Shown here: in pieces, positions 24,144 through 47,902 of the stretch
Layout of the letters: each line of letters begins with the position of its first letter
How positions within the stretch are numbered: position 1 is the stretch's first letter
DNA from: Trichoplax adhaerens
Lineage: Eukaryota > Animalia > Placozoa
Assembly (NCBI RefSeq): GCF_000150275.1
Contig: NW_002060947.1
Span: 1,023,642-1,087,641, forward strand
Length of the DNA stretch: 64,000 nt
Reading direction: 5' to 3'
Position numbers and translations under genes: made by a program
The notes under the pieces: model-generated
Told to the model about the DNA's origin: nothing
Database searches by the model: none
Seen by the model: only the letters and a program-made list of their open reading frames with translations

Positions 24144-27100
24144 ATGATGAAAAATTTGAATGGTTACCAAGCCGGTAAGTTAAGAATCAAATTAGTCCAG
24201 TTAAATTAGACATTTAGGATTTAACATTTTGAAAGTTTGAAGCATAACGAGTTTCTGATTATTGAAGTTACTTCGGAACAAGCACTATAGCTAGAGTTAT
24301 TTTAATTGTACTTACAATTTATATCATAGCAATAAAATCTGTACGCAATATTTTTAGCGACGGACATTGCTCAATTTTCAATAAGTTAGGACATTGACTT
24401 TCTTTTACTCCCCACGATATGCAGAAACATCCATACTTCTAGTGTAGTCTTGATATTAGTCGATGGCAATTATTTCGTTCGGGTTCAATTTTAAAAACAT
24501 CAACGAAAACGATTGTCATATCTTATATTAAAAGTCTACTATCTAGTTTACAATGTTGAAATCTTCTTGTAACATTTATCACCAGTTACCGTACTGAAAT
24601 TTATAATCAATGCTTCCGCTAGAATTTTTCAGTTTTAGTCTGGGCTAGAACCTATAATATTGATGTCATTTCCTATAGTGCGATGATAGCTATACAATAT
24701 ACTGCAATGCTATTGCAATTAATTTGTGTTACTTGCCTTTCTAACCTAGCAACCCATACGTATAGTTCAACATTGCAAGTTTTATGGAAATATAAAATAT
24801 CAAATAATTTCCAACTGTTGTTAGGGTATCCTAAAATATAGGAAAAATTGATTTTCGTAAATATCAAGATATCGAATATTATATTAAATATTGAAAATAG
24901 CAACTGGAGATTTTTCAATTTTGGTTAGTAATTAGTGTTGCATCACCTATTATAGAAGTATTACGTTTAAAACAATTACCAATCATCAAGAATTTTATAT
25001 CGTTGAATGATCCCAGCTAGTTAAATGCTAAACTTGCTTTACTAAAAGTTAAATAGAATATTTCATGTTTAGCTGCTAATATTAACAGTATATGATGATA
25101 GTGAACCGTCAAAATGGGAATAGAACAAGTTAATATTAAACATGCTATGAACTTTTAGCATGAATTAGTTGTAAAATGTCATTTAGAAAATAGAATTGAT
25201 CAATAGTCCATTTCGATAGTATATTTTAAAAATATGCCTTCAACAGCAGCTAGTGTCAGTAGTGTTTCTTTATAAAGTTGCAATATCGGATAAAAAATAG
25301 AACGTTTCGTTATTCATTATAGGGACAATAGTTATCAATCCAATTTGCGATCATCAATTTCAATTGCTTCACATTCTATCATCACGGGACAATTAAGACT
25401 GATTTATTGACATATCATCAGTAGAAGAATTTTATTTTAAGTATTTTTAAATTCAAATTATTCCGAATTACACTTTTATATATAAAGCAAAATTTATCTT
25501 CAAAATGAAGTAGTTCTTCCAATCTTATCTGTAAACCTCCTTGTTGTTATCTATTTTTTGCTTTTAGCTTTTGTTGGTGACTACAGGATGCTAGCACGAG
25601 CGATCGATAATGGTCAGGTAAATTATTTTCTTCCCCTACATTCGTAGGAATGTTTCTGGACTTAATGAATAATGCCAATTAGACAGAGTAACATTATTGG
25701 CACTTACTGTGATGTGAATTTATTGTAACCTTGTATTTGAATTAAGATGAAGTAATAATTGTTCCAACATTAGACCTAATATCAATTGAAAATATAATTT
25801 GGTTTATCCTCCTAATCTTAATGCTATTAAAATTTATTACGATCTTAAGAATATTTTGCAATACCAGTAAGAGTAACCTTTAGCTACTGAATTCTACGTT
25901 TTTGGTTTTGATAAAAGATTATAATTTTGAGATATTGATCATGAACATAATTCAAAATCCGAGCACCACTTTAAAATAATTTCTATTTGAAATCGATATA
26001 ACATACAGAATGCATAGTATGGATAGAACGTGGAAGCAATTATATACACTTAGCATGACTTTTTAAATCGGAAATATAAGATATACCTAGGCAAATAGTA
26101 CCAATGCATTAAGACTAATACAATGCTCCAGAAATTAAGATGGCGGCTGGACTGTTCTACCCATTATTAGTGTTCAAGAGAAAAAGTTATCGTCAAATAT
26201 AAATGACAGAAGTAATTCTGAATATTTAAGGGCCAGTGAAAATGGTATTTATTATTCTTCTATGAGTCCTAAAGTCTTTGAGAAATGTCAGTCTAGGCTT
26301 GAAATCAAGTATTATATTTAAATGCGAATTTAAAGAACCTACACTCACTACTTTAATAGAGCCTTAAATAATTGCTTGGCCCAGATTTGAATTTTGTTTC
26401 CGTTCGATTTTCGTTAAAGGGCATCTATAGTCATGTACGAGCGTAAGTTCTTGTCGCATTAAATCGATCAGTAACTAAATCTAACCTATTACGAGATATT
26501 TGGACTCTGTAGCGCAGGATTATAATTCATTCTGATCCCTAAGTTATTTTCCTGCCATATTTCGATAGTTACTAAGTCACAATTGGAATCGCCCAAGAAT
26601 TGGGATTATAAATTGCTTCAACTTTAAGTTAATGAAAAAGGCCTGACAAAATGTCATTAATTTTCGGAGCAGATTCTATTCCATCTTATCTTGATAACAC
26701 TGCTTTATTTACTTCAGGATATGCAAAATTAATTCAGAAATGACTTTACTGCACCTTAATAATTATGTCAGTTTCATTTTCATTTTTCATTTGAAAAATT
26801 GGCAATTGTATAACATTGGAATTTATATTTTCTTCATATTTTCTTGCCATTATATCTTAACTTCATCCCTTTCTGTTGTTACATTATTCACCCCGAGTTG
26901 CTATAGCAACGTAATGCCTAAAATTCATTCAAGTATAATCGATATCAGTATCAAGAGGTTTCTTTCTATTAATCAGCTTTGAATGCCCTAGTATTGTCTG
27001 TGCGAGATACGGATTCAGGTATCTATTATACAGAAATAAATAACATTGACAATTTCGAAATTGACGTACAGAAACATATTTCGGCTGCATGTGATCATAC

Positions 27101-29567
27101 CCTCGAATTCGTATCTACCTTTGTTTGATCCATTGATAACCGAATACTACAAATAAATATTGATAAAAGATGAGAGTAATTGAACTATCTAAACGTCTGC
27201 GATAAGAGATAGAATATAGCATCGTACATTATTGGGGTTAGCTTCAGAATAATTTTATTATCGTTATCATTTATACGAAATACAAATATACGATATCATT
27301 TAATGTCAACATGTCTCGATATCCTTCGATGCTAAAATCCGTATTTAATGTATTAAATTATTCACGACAAACAGATCTGAAATATCAATGTAATTATCTT
27401 TGTAAAAAATTCGTATAAAAGATTTGTGTAGCCAGCTTTCTAGGTGGAATGCGACAATAGATTTTATTTTTTAATTTACTTCAATACGAATATATGTAAG
27501 ATTTATACAGAAAGTTATTCTAAATTCGTGAATGCAACCTTAAACTTCGTTTTTTAGTAAGTCTACTCTAATAGTACGAAATTTGGGGCACTTTAGATGA
27601 TTTTAATCTAAAAATTTTCTGTTTAATATCATAGTAGTACTATACTACTTGATATTTACTCTATTATTAAATGTATAGTTAAATTCCTATACATGAACTA
27701 CATATGCTGCATTATCAGTAAAAAGTAGCATCACTATTGGAATTTAAATTGTGTTAAGAATTCTTGGAAATGAGCTTTGTAAATAAGCAAATACAGGTGT
27801 TTTGAGTATCTTAATGTTTAATTGTTAATATCTAGTTACCTCATAGTAAATAATAGTGACTACAACAGGAAGTATTCACTTAAATATTATTGCTGATCAT
27901 TTACTAATTGAAGGTTATTAAAAAAGATTATTTTGAATATTACATTTTCACATAGTGGTTGTTAATTTCTTAAAGGATTATGTTGATCTGAAGTTAAACC
28001 GCACTTATACAGAATGTGTTGATATCATAAATGAACTGAAATTTATTTCTGACGTAATAACAATTAGATAAACGTTGTTGTTAAACATAAGAAATATTAT
28101 CTCCATTTCTGAAAATAATATTAACGAATGACATTAATGACAACAGTAATAGTAGAGATTTCGATCTTAATTTCCCAAGTGACTGTACAAGTACGGTATA
28201 ATGCTACCATAGAAATGACCATAGTATCTAAATAGCATTAAAACTATTGTTAACTAGGTTTATTCGAATTTTACTAACAGCAATTTTATCCTTCTTTTCA
28301 TGGAGATCTATATTATTAGCCGCATACTTTCATAATGTTCTTACTGATTGACAGTTACGTAGCTGTAATAGCCTCACGGCTACTACGTTACACTAACAAA
28401 GTCTCATTTTACAACAAGCATTAAAAAAACAAGCAATAATTTCAGGAATAATCCAAAGTTGTGGATATTAGTAATTTTGCGGCACTTTAGTCGGTTAATT
28501 ATATGCTATAATATTAACAATAATCCGATTATTATTGAGTACCTACAGATACAGAGATTTAGAATTACTCTTTGACCAACTTTACTCCGAATACGCTACT
28601 GGGACATTTCTACGAAAATGGTCGTTTGAACAACTGCTCCAATAATTAGACTATGTTTTAAGTTTTTCTCATCTTTACATGTACTTAACGTCTTTCATGA
28701 AAAATCTCTGTTCAGATTAATTACAGAATTGATTACGCATAATACCATATATTCAACAATTCCAACTCATTTATTTAAATTTACAAATATCTTCATGAAT
28801 ATTTTAAGTTGTAGTAGATGACTGCTTTGAAATACAGTGACAGAATTTTGTGTGGAATATTCAAATAAATTATTTTATATTTTATATTTAAATAATCGTT
28901 GGCATAATTGTAGACTTACAATATTTAGCAGGAATATTTATAATAAGATAGATAATACGATTATTATTGTAAGATAATATTTTTGCCCAGAATAGCCTCT
29001 TATATTCTCCACTATTAAGGTTAAACGTCCATTCTTGATAAAATTTCTACTGCTGCCTAAAATATGAACTGACAAATGCTGATTAATTTTTAGCATCCTG
29101 ACGATATAGATGAAAACGGTGTTACTGCTATGCATTATGCAGCATGCAATGGAAATCTTGACTGCTTAAAATTACTTGTAGAGCATGGAGGAGATGTAAA
29201 TAAAGGTGATATGAGCTGTTGTACACCATTACATTTAGCAGCTAAAAATGGTCATCTTGTATGTGTTGAATTTTTATGCCGGAATGGTGCCAATGTACAA
29301 GCAAAATCAGCGAAGGGAAACACTCCGAAGCGGATGGCAAAATTAAATTTTCACAATCACGTAGCGAATTATGTCGGACGCTTAGGTAATTTCTAAATAT
29401 ATCAAATATATACGATGATCATTATATATGCCTCATATATATAGATATATATTCGAGTATATAAGTATTCATAGTATTATAGAAGGAAATTGTCTCATTA
29501 ATAACAATTTTTAACATTTTTTTCATATATATTCTCAGAGCAAGAGAAGCATATGTGGGAAATATAA
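24144..29567 (+). CDS. Small ankyrin-repeat-only protein, ~133 aa (exons 24144-24174, 25568-25617, 29094-29385, 29539-29567)
   Basis: Phase-compatible exons give MMKNLNGYQAAFVGDYRMLARAIDNGQHPDDIDENGVTAMHYAACNGNLDCLKLLVEHGGDVNKGDMSCCTPLHLAAKNGHLVCVEFLCRNGANVQAKSAKGNTPKRMAKLNFHNHVANYVGRLEQEKHMWEI*. Exon 3 is clear; exons 1-2 are inferred from splice sites and fit to the ankyrin register. Confidence 0.75.
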
Positions 29568-29677
29568 AAATATAACGATATAACTAACAGGACAGCAGTT
29601 TATCTTTATAACGCCATCTGAAAGTTATAAACTTGGACTGAGATACCGTAAACTTAGATTTAGCTTTTTATTCTTAA

Positions 29678-29699
29678 ATATATATATATATATATATAT
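29678..29699. repeat. (AT)11 microsatellite
   Basis: Direct reading. Confidence 0.9.
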
Positions 29700-32663
29700 G
29701 GCAAAGTGATATCTTAAGATCATTCTTATTAAAAAATAATTAAAGTATACAAGAAAAACTTTATGTTTGGAAATTTTAATAATTATCCTTTGAATTTTGT
29801 TGAAATTACGGACATGATCCAGTTTTAATCAGTTTAATAAAAATGTTATTCCATTATTGAGCCCTAAATATGTATTAATTATACTATGCTGTAAGGATCA
29901 AGGATCCCCTATTGTTCTAATAGTCTTAATTCATGTCAGTTAAGAATAATTTCCGATTGGATCTGAATACAGGTACACTAAATCAGAAAGTACCAAGATC
30001 TGATGTAATTATATTTGATTCTTCACAACTCTCAATATAGAGTAAAAACTACACAAAACCTCTTGCTTTTTAATTCCAAATTTTATGATTGCTTGTGACT
30101 TTGTAAATATACTTTATAATTATATTAAATTGTTTTGGAATGGAGAGCGAATAAAATAATTGTATGAATGCTGAATAATATGTCATACGATGCTATACTT
30201 TGCAATACGATCTTGGTAACTGTCAATATAATACTAAAATTAACGGGTTGTAAATCTGCAGCAGATTGATAACGGACAGTACAATCTATAATACCATCAA
30301 TTCGTACGCTAATTATTATGAATGTCTAATATCTTTATAATATGAAATTACTATCAGCATCAAAAATTGAATTTTCTATGGCGATTTCCATGCGCTATAA
30401 CAATTTTAGTTGCGTGAACTTAGTAATTCCAATGCGGAGAATTTAACGAATATTTAATGGTGTGCATTCTTACTTGAAGCATGATAAACTTTATAATAAA
30501 CCTGATAACGTATAGTTCAAACTTCTTGGATGTTAAAATTTGGGAATTTTGAATCGCGTACTTTGGACTAATTTAACTAGCTGACGCGATAATTGCTTGA
30601 ATATAATTAATTTCAAATACAAGTGTTGTCTGAATATAGGGAAATGATTAGGCGCTCCAATAATCTTCTTAAAAACGTAAAATATATATTACATTTTACA
30701 ATTTACAATCTGTAGATTTTAAAGAAATTTAAATATCTTAGGTGTATCAGTATTCTAAATTCTAGAATAAATTCCCATGCGTTGACGTTATTGAGTCGAA
30801 ATTTTATATCATCTAACTGAAATTTAGAACAGCAGCTTAGGGCACTGAATTTGTGATATCTGTCTACATTGCTGAAGATATAGCATAATTGCAACAGCAA
30901 ACTGAAAGCCTCAAGAAAACAGGAGATATTCCTAGAACAGTTTTCGATGATTTGTACGGGTTTCATTTCCATAATTGGATACCGTAGTTATGATTCATCG
31001 ATACACTTCTTTCTTTCGATCGTCCATTTTTTATTATAAAATGAGGTTATGATATGAGTAATTAAATAAAATGCAAACCTTTATATTTTAGTGGAAGTAT
31101 TTCGGGAATTAATTTCGTTGTGAATGAGATAATACCCTTCTGAAAATTTGAAGAACGAAATAAAATTTATTCCACTTTCTCCTATTCCGTATGATACGAT
31201 TTAATATTGAAAGTAATAGCCGAAAAAGAATTAAAGGATATACGACATCTTAGGAGTGAATTAGTAGAAAAATTACAATCTAATTTAATTTAAATATCAA
31301 GATATTGTGTGTTTAATATCGCGTTGTTTCATGAAGGTTTTTAGGCAGAGTCTTCAATTTACTCTTGCCATAAATCTTTCTTCTAAACTTCGGTATATTT
31401 CATTCACTAATGACAGCTATTCTTATGATTCAGACTATTTCTCATAAAATTTTTTAGATAAAAGTATCCATGTTAACTAAAATAAGCAAACCGAAGGTAT
31501 TTTCTTATTTAGCTTTATATGTAAATTCATCCCTTCTATTCATTTAAAATCTCTTTTAGGGTAGAACTAGCATAAACCACTTCAATCTAACTTGTAGGTA
31601 TAAAATAGCTGCGATTATGTGCTATTATCATACTTTTATTAAGCGAAGTTGTATTTCTTTGACATTATTATCATCATCATAGCTTTTCTTGAATTTGCTT
31701 GAGTATAAATATGACCCCTTTTTAGAACATAACCACCATAAACTACTGTAATTTAACTTGTAGTTTTATAGTATAGCTACGGTAATGCGTAGTTATTAGG
31801 CTTAAATCAAGCAAATTTATATATTTTGCGGATGTTACTACAGTTGTGGCATCTCTTGAATTTACTCGGAGAGTAAGGTATGATTACTTCAGATATCTTG
31901 ATAGCGACATTATTATGGTAATAGTGCTCACAGAAATTGATCTCTTAGAATATTGCTCAACAATGTACAAAACTATAACATAACGTACTTTAACCATAAA
32001 TTTATTGATTAAGCCGTGGAAAGAAAATATTTTGTTCATATTATAAACACATACACGTATAGTAATACGATGATTATAAAATATTTCAGAAAGCGATTAG
32101 AAGATTTGAATCAATCTATATTACATATGTAAACTATTGAAAGTAAAATGATATATAATAATATGATTTTAAAATGGCCTATAAAAGGGATTAACAATTT
32201 CTAATCAATCAATATTACATAGGCAAACTATTGAAACCGAAATGATATAGCATCTTGTTTAAAAATATTTACATCCCCTAATCAGAGACAGAATGGTTTA
32301 TGTTACATCAAATTGATAAGACATTGATAGCTATACACAGGCGTTATTTGATTGATTTATATCTAAAATGATTCTTAGAATGTCGTTAAGATAAACTCTA
32401 ACTACTATTCAGGAAAATATTTCCTAAGTTTTGGTTGATAATTCACCTATTATAATTACAGTATGGCTATTGACCAGTATATTGGCAATTTGAAGAAATG
32501 ACGAAGGTGTAGTATTGAATTTAGGAGGCACATACAAAAGCCTAGTCGTTGAAAGTAATAAGACTTTGAATATTTGTTAAAGTAGAGTAACTTTAATGGC
32601 TTTTTGCTAACTACCGTAGGTATTGTAAAGGTAGATTACAATTCGAAGTAGCCAATGGATAAT

Positions 32664-42878
<10,215 letters not shown>

Positions 42879-43819
42879 GGTTGTGTAATAAGGTTAAACT
42901 GTACTGCATCTACTTTCAATTAATACTTAAAGAAGAGTTGATCCTTAACCACACTCTGAAGGTAAAACCACTATTTCCCTAAGACTCTTCTTAACAGGGC
43001 AAATGAATTCGTAAAGTTTATGAATGATGTCCAATTTTCAAACAGTACAATTTTATCCGTAATAGTTAACTCATTTGCCTAAAATAACATGTATATGATA
43101 GTATCATTCCGTATTATGTTATTGGATGTATAGTAGCGCCTCGAATCCGGTCAAATAGTTTAAATGGAATTTTTAACAGCGCAGGCTCTAACTATTGTTA
43201 TTTAAATAGATTTAACGGTAATATCAAGTTAACGTAAGATTATTAATATTTTTGCTTTGATTATTATGTAGATGAGCAAATATTACTTTATTCTTCATTC
43301 TGGATGATTCTGCGCTGTTTTAAGCTTGCAAACTATTTCAAAATTGCAAGTAAAGCTTACAGCGCTAAATTGAGAGTATATCATATCTTTTATTGGTAGG
43401 TCTATAAAAATGTCGTAGGCCATCATGTTAAGTCCAATTCGTTAACGACACACTGCTGCTCGTGCAGGATTATCTAATCATTATTCATTGATCAACATCT
43501 AATTCACAGCATATTCTTTACATGACAACATGCTATCACGGAAACATAGCATTAGAATTGAACGATAGAATATGTCTAATGAAATGCACAGAACGTTTTA
43601 CTACATTTAGATGTTAAAACTAATTTAGTTTTTGCATTCATATTTACTATGCGTGTAAAATCTACACATATACTCATATCAGCAATATACAGTATATGAG
43701 GATAAATACAGAAATCTATACTATTTCGATTGAGAACACGGCTTTGGAATTTTATTACTGAAGCTGCTTTACATGACAAGGTAAATGTCAGCAAATGTAC
43801 GTTTGAGCGTCCAAATTAT

Positions 43820-46800
43820 TTATTTGCAGTATCTGTCTGCTTTCATCTTTTCTCTCCTAAATAAAATAATAGTAAAATTGGAACCTTTTACAGTTAGTTT
43901 AGTTTATAACTACATTACATGCAATTACTACAAACCTGTCAAGCAGCTCTTCATGAAAACTGCCCGTCTTTCTAGCTTTTTTTAGTGTGCCAGGATTATC
44001 CGTATTTAACCGTAATTTGTGATCGCCAAAACTCTGATACATTTTCCTAAGTAATATAACAGTAATATTACAGATTGCGGATAATACTGATTAGAGCTTT
44101 GTAGATGCATGCATGTAGTCCTTACACATAATTAAGTTCACAGTTTACAACGCCTCCTAAACTTTCATCCTGTTTGGCTTTCTTAACTCCAGTTTCCCTT
44201 TCTGTATTTGTTCTAATCTATAATAAGAGTCAATTGCCTACTTGGTTAACTTCAACTGACGAAAGCAATCGAGATATAGATATGAGCTATGGTAATTATC
44301 GATATAATTTAAGGAAAGCATATCGAAGTATTACATGACGCGTATATATATATATAGATCGAACCTTGAGATTTTCAGCATCTCCGATAGTTCTGTTTAA
44401 TGCTGCGATCATATCGTCCTCATGAACACCGAGAAAGTTTTCATTAAAGGCCTGCAGGCCACATTTGGTCTGGGTAGATGTTTGAACAATTAGTAAGATG
44501 CTTATAAATTTTGCTCTTTATCAGATAGCTATACTTACGCCATCTATTACAGGTTCAAGGTGTTCTAGTGGTCCAATCGCGTCAGCACGTCCTACGATAT
44601 TACCTTCTTTTCTAACAGATACATACTTTCCTATATATCATTGATAGAAGTGTACGAAACAAATCCAATACATTGGATGAAGTTTATTCAATCGCAAAAT
44701 TTATATGATTTTTAAGTTTACCATATCCAGACTTTAAGGCAATCCTTCTCTCACTTAGATTGACGGCTGTAAATACTTCCTCTGCCACAGGTCCTAAGTT
44801 TGATGAAAATATATATGAAGTACAGTATACAAAAGAAGTGAATTTTATATGTACATTGGAATAATCGTAGCCCTTATAATTATGTTGTAAGCACTACATT
44901 GCATTTATTAAATTCGGTTGACTACTAGGTAACTTTACTTAATACAATTAGAGATATCCTTGAAAGAACGAAGGTGGCTAACGGACATACTCGATGTATC
45001 GTTACTTTTCTTATTACTATAATTTCTGATATGTTACGCGAGATAAAATTTATTTACATCATATATCCGTAAAATATGGGAAAGAAAAACAACAACCTTC
45101 TTCAGTCATGTCTTGCCAAAGTTGCTGATGATAGGTAATAAAGCAATGACATTACACTGGGCGAGATTGTAGTAAATCTATTGATTGATGTTTAATTTCA
45201 TTATTACAAGCAAATTATTCTGATAGCAAAATGAAATAGTATCGTAGACCTATCATCATGCGTCACGACTACGTATGAACAATGCAATTATTCTAAGATT
45301 AAAACGATCAGTTCTAATTTCCATTACATTATGTAATGGCAGCTGTTGACCAAGACATGACAACTTCTTGATTGACTTTAGAAAGTATATGGCATTCAGT
45401 CAGAACTTAATGGGCAAATAAATAGATGCAGAGTAAAGCTTAGTGAGAATAGAGTATGCTATGTATGCTGTCTAACTATTACATCTTGCAATACATACAA
45501 TCGTAAGACAGCAAACTAACACAAAATGATATCTAGCTTTACATAAGCTGATAAGGCAAAATTGAAAGCTTAGCTGGAGGGATTTTTTGCGTAGAAAATA
45601 GACCCTCCCTCCAAATTATATACGCGTATAGTACTGTATACCTGAGTTGGTATAACACCTAAGACGCAACAATATATGATTGCTTACCACTAGGACGTGG
45701 ATCTCCAAGTTTAAACGAACCATTATCCTAGTAAAATATCAAAAACAGGGCCATAAGTATAGAAAATTCCTGATGTTCTCAATGAATGTCATCCGCTAGC
45801 ATCTACTTGACATTTCGCAAGTAGGTTGTGAAAGAATTTGGCGAATTTGGAGACCGTTTCGATCGTTTGGTCAATATTATTGCCTACCATTGCAAATAAA
45901 TAACGTTGATCTTTCATTTCTATAGAAACACAACCCTTAATCTGTTCTAGCTTTTGAACAGCCCACCATTTGCCCACTGGGGCATGAGCAACATCGGATG
46001 AAAATAATAAATAGAAATAGCATTGAATCAGACATATGATTACCACTCATCGATATCCACCAGTGCACTTAGTCGATATACAGTATTATAGGCATACGAA
46101 ATATGCGTAGACCATAAATTATCAATACAGTAAGGTTAGCTTGTAATTTTTACCGGTATCCAAGGTTTCTTTGGTATTATCACTAACAGCTGATGATTTT
46201 TGATGCATTTTTCGCTTTTTCTTTTTATGTTTCCTAAAGAGGAGAAGGAAATGGTTATGCGAGGGAAATAATTTAGCTAATGTGTAGTGGATCTTGAGGT
46301 TGACTAGTGATACTTTTCATAAAATGCAGCTCGCACTTTGCTACTAGTTAGTTGACTTTATTGAAGGTTGTACTGTACATGCATTAGCAGAGTAATTGAA
46401 TGATCGTGTGAAGCAAAGCCGAAGAAGTCGTAAGACTTTCCTTTTTATAAGACTCTAGCTGTAATAGTAACGGATCTATTTTTAACTTAGCAGCATCGTA
46501 CTATACAGATATTTAAGTTTACTCAATTCCTAGACACGACACAGATGAGCATTTTGATAACATAACATGTTGATAATTTGTAATCTATGATTATTATAAC
46601 TTTATAACTTATCTGCTATAATTCTAATTATCAGACATGACATTACGCTACGGTTCGGACTTAGTGTATTAGTGTAACGATACACATATTTTAATGATTA
46701 TTCGCGACATAATATATCAATATTATTTTAGGGAAGCATCATCATCCATCAATTCTATTGGAATGTGACTAATGCAAGTTGGTCAAAGACAGGAGCAAAA

Positions 46801-47419
46801 GGAAATGATCCGCTCTAAGACCAGTTCACTGACAAAGATCAAGATGTCCTAAAGTTTCTACAATATGTAATTCAATTAACGTTTTTTCATTACTATCTCA
46901 TCTTTAAAGCAGTACATTGTAATTAAAGACTGTTGTCCTACGATAAAACTATGTGATCATCGTGGGCAACTTTGCGAAGAGAAGTTTGATTCTTCGACTA
47001 TTTCTACATTTAATGGCTCATCCATTGCCACTACTAAAGTCGCTCTTGCAAGCCAATACGGCCTATTCTATACTTTCTATTGAAGCCTGTATTGGCATTT
47101 TGCAATTCAATCTTATTAGTATATGAATAGAGTTGTATAATGCAGAAATCTTAGACTTATAAACTCTTAAATAAAGAATCAAATAACTCCTCTAACCTAA
47201 AACTTAGCTCAAGCTAAGCTCTAAATTTATGATTGTTGAGACAAATGCAGTTATTGGACTAGCTGTAATTCCCTTTCTCCTCAGTAAGTTCAGGCAATTT
47301 GTAACAGCCTGATATCCTCATGATAATGATAGCATGCATATTTTTATAGTTTAATCTTACCCTGATGCTCCTTTAAGTTTTAATTTACTACTGTTGACCA
47401 AATTATAAGCTGAGCTCAT
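43820..47419 (-). CDS. FRG1: FRG1 (FSHD region gene 1) ortholog
   Basis: MSSAYNLVNSSKLKLKG..KHKKKKRK..ETLDTVGKWW..DNGSFKLG..RIALKSGYGKY..GRADAIGP..KMYQSFGDHKL..FHEELLDRREKMKADRYCK*. Confidence 0.95.
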
Positions 47420-47902
47420 TTTTGCAGCAGGTTCTTCTTGCTAAGTGGCTTCTCTATTTGGAGATGATTTATCCTAAGCCTTGATATAGCATTTTCTATC
47501 GAATTCAAGGCGTGTTTTTAACACTATACTGTCATACTGATCCTCGAAAGGACAAATGGAGCAAAGTGATACTGATTTGGGTTCCATGGTTACCATATAG
47601 GTACAGTATTGAAAATTGAGTAATGTATAATACACTGGATAGCGTTCAATACACAATCAATGACTAGCTGACGCTGTTGGAAACAATAGTGATCCGAGAT
47701 CGATCATTAGCTTAACTAATAATGTATGAGGTAGAAAGTAGCGAATGATACCTTACCCTATAGCATCATTTGAATAATTGATGTCTGAAACAGGAGTAAC
47801 AAAAACTAGCCAGTATATAGCCATCCAAGAGGAGAAAGTGGATTGACTGCTTTTTCTGCTTTCCAGTCTATTCCCTAGCTCCTATTTGCATCAAGATCAG
47901 CA
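47420..47902. promoter_or_regulatory. Compact bidirectional promoter region FRG1/DHRS4
   Basis: Only 483 bp lie between the divergent ATGs at 47419 (-) and 47903 (+). Confidence 0.7.

Noticed and set aside
30703-30972. 89-aa minus-strand ORF between the ankyrin gene and NEK1
   Set aside because: AT-rich with no motif and no supporting exons. It cannot be excluded without RNA data.
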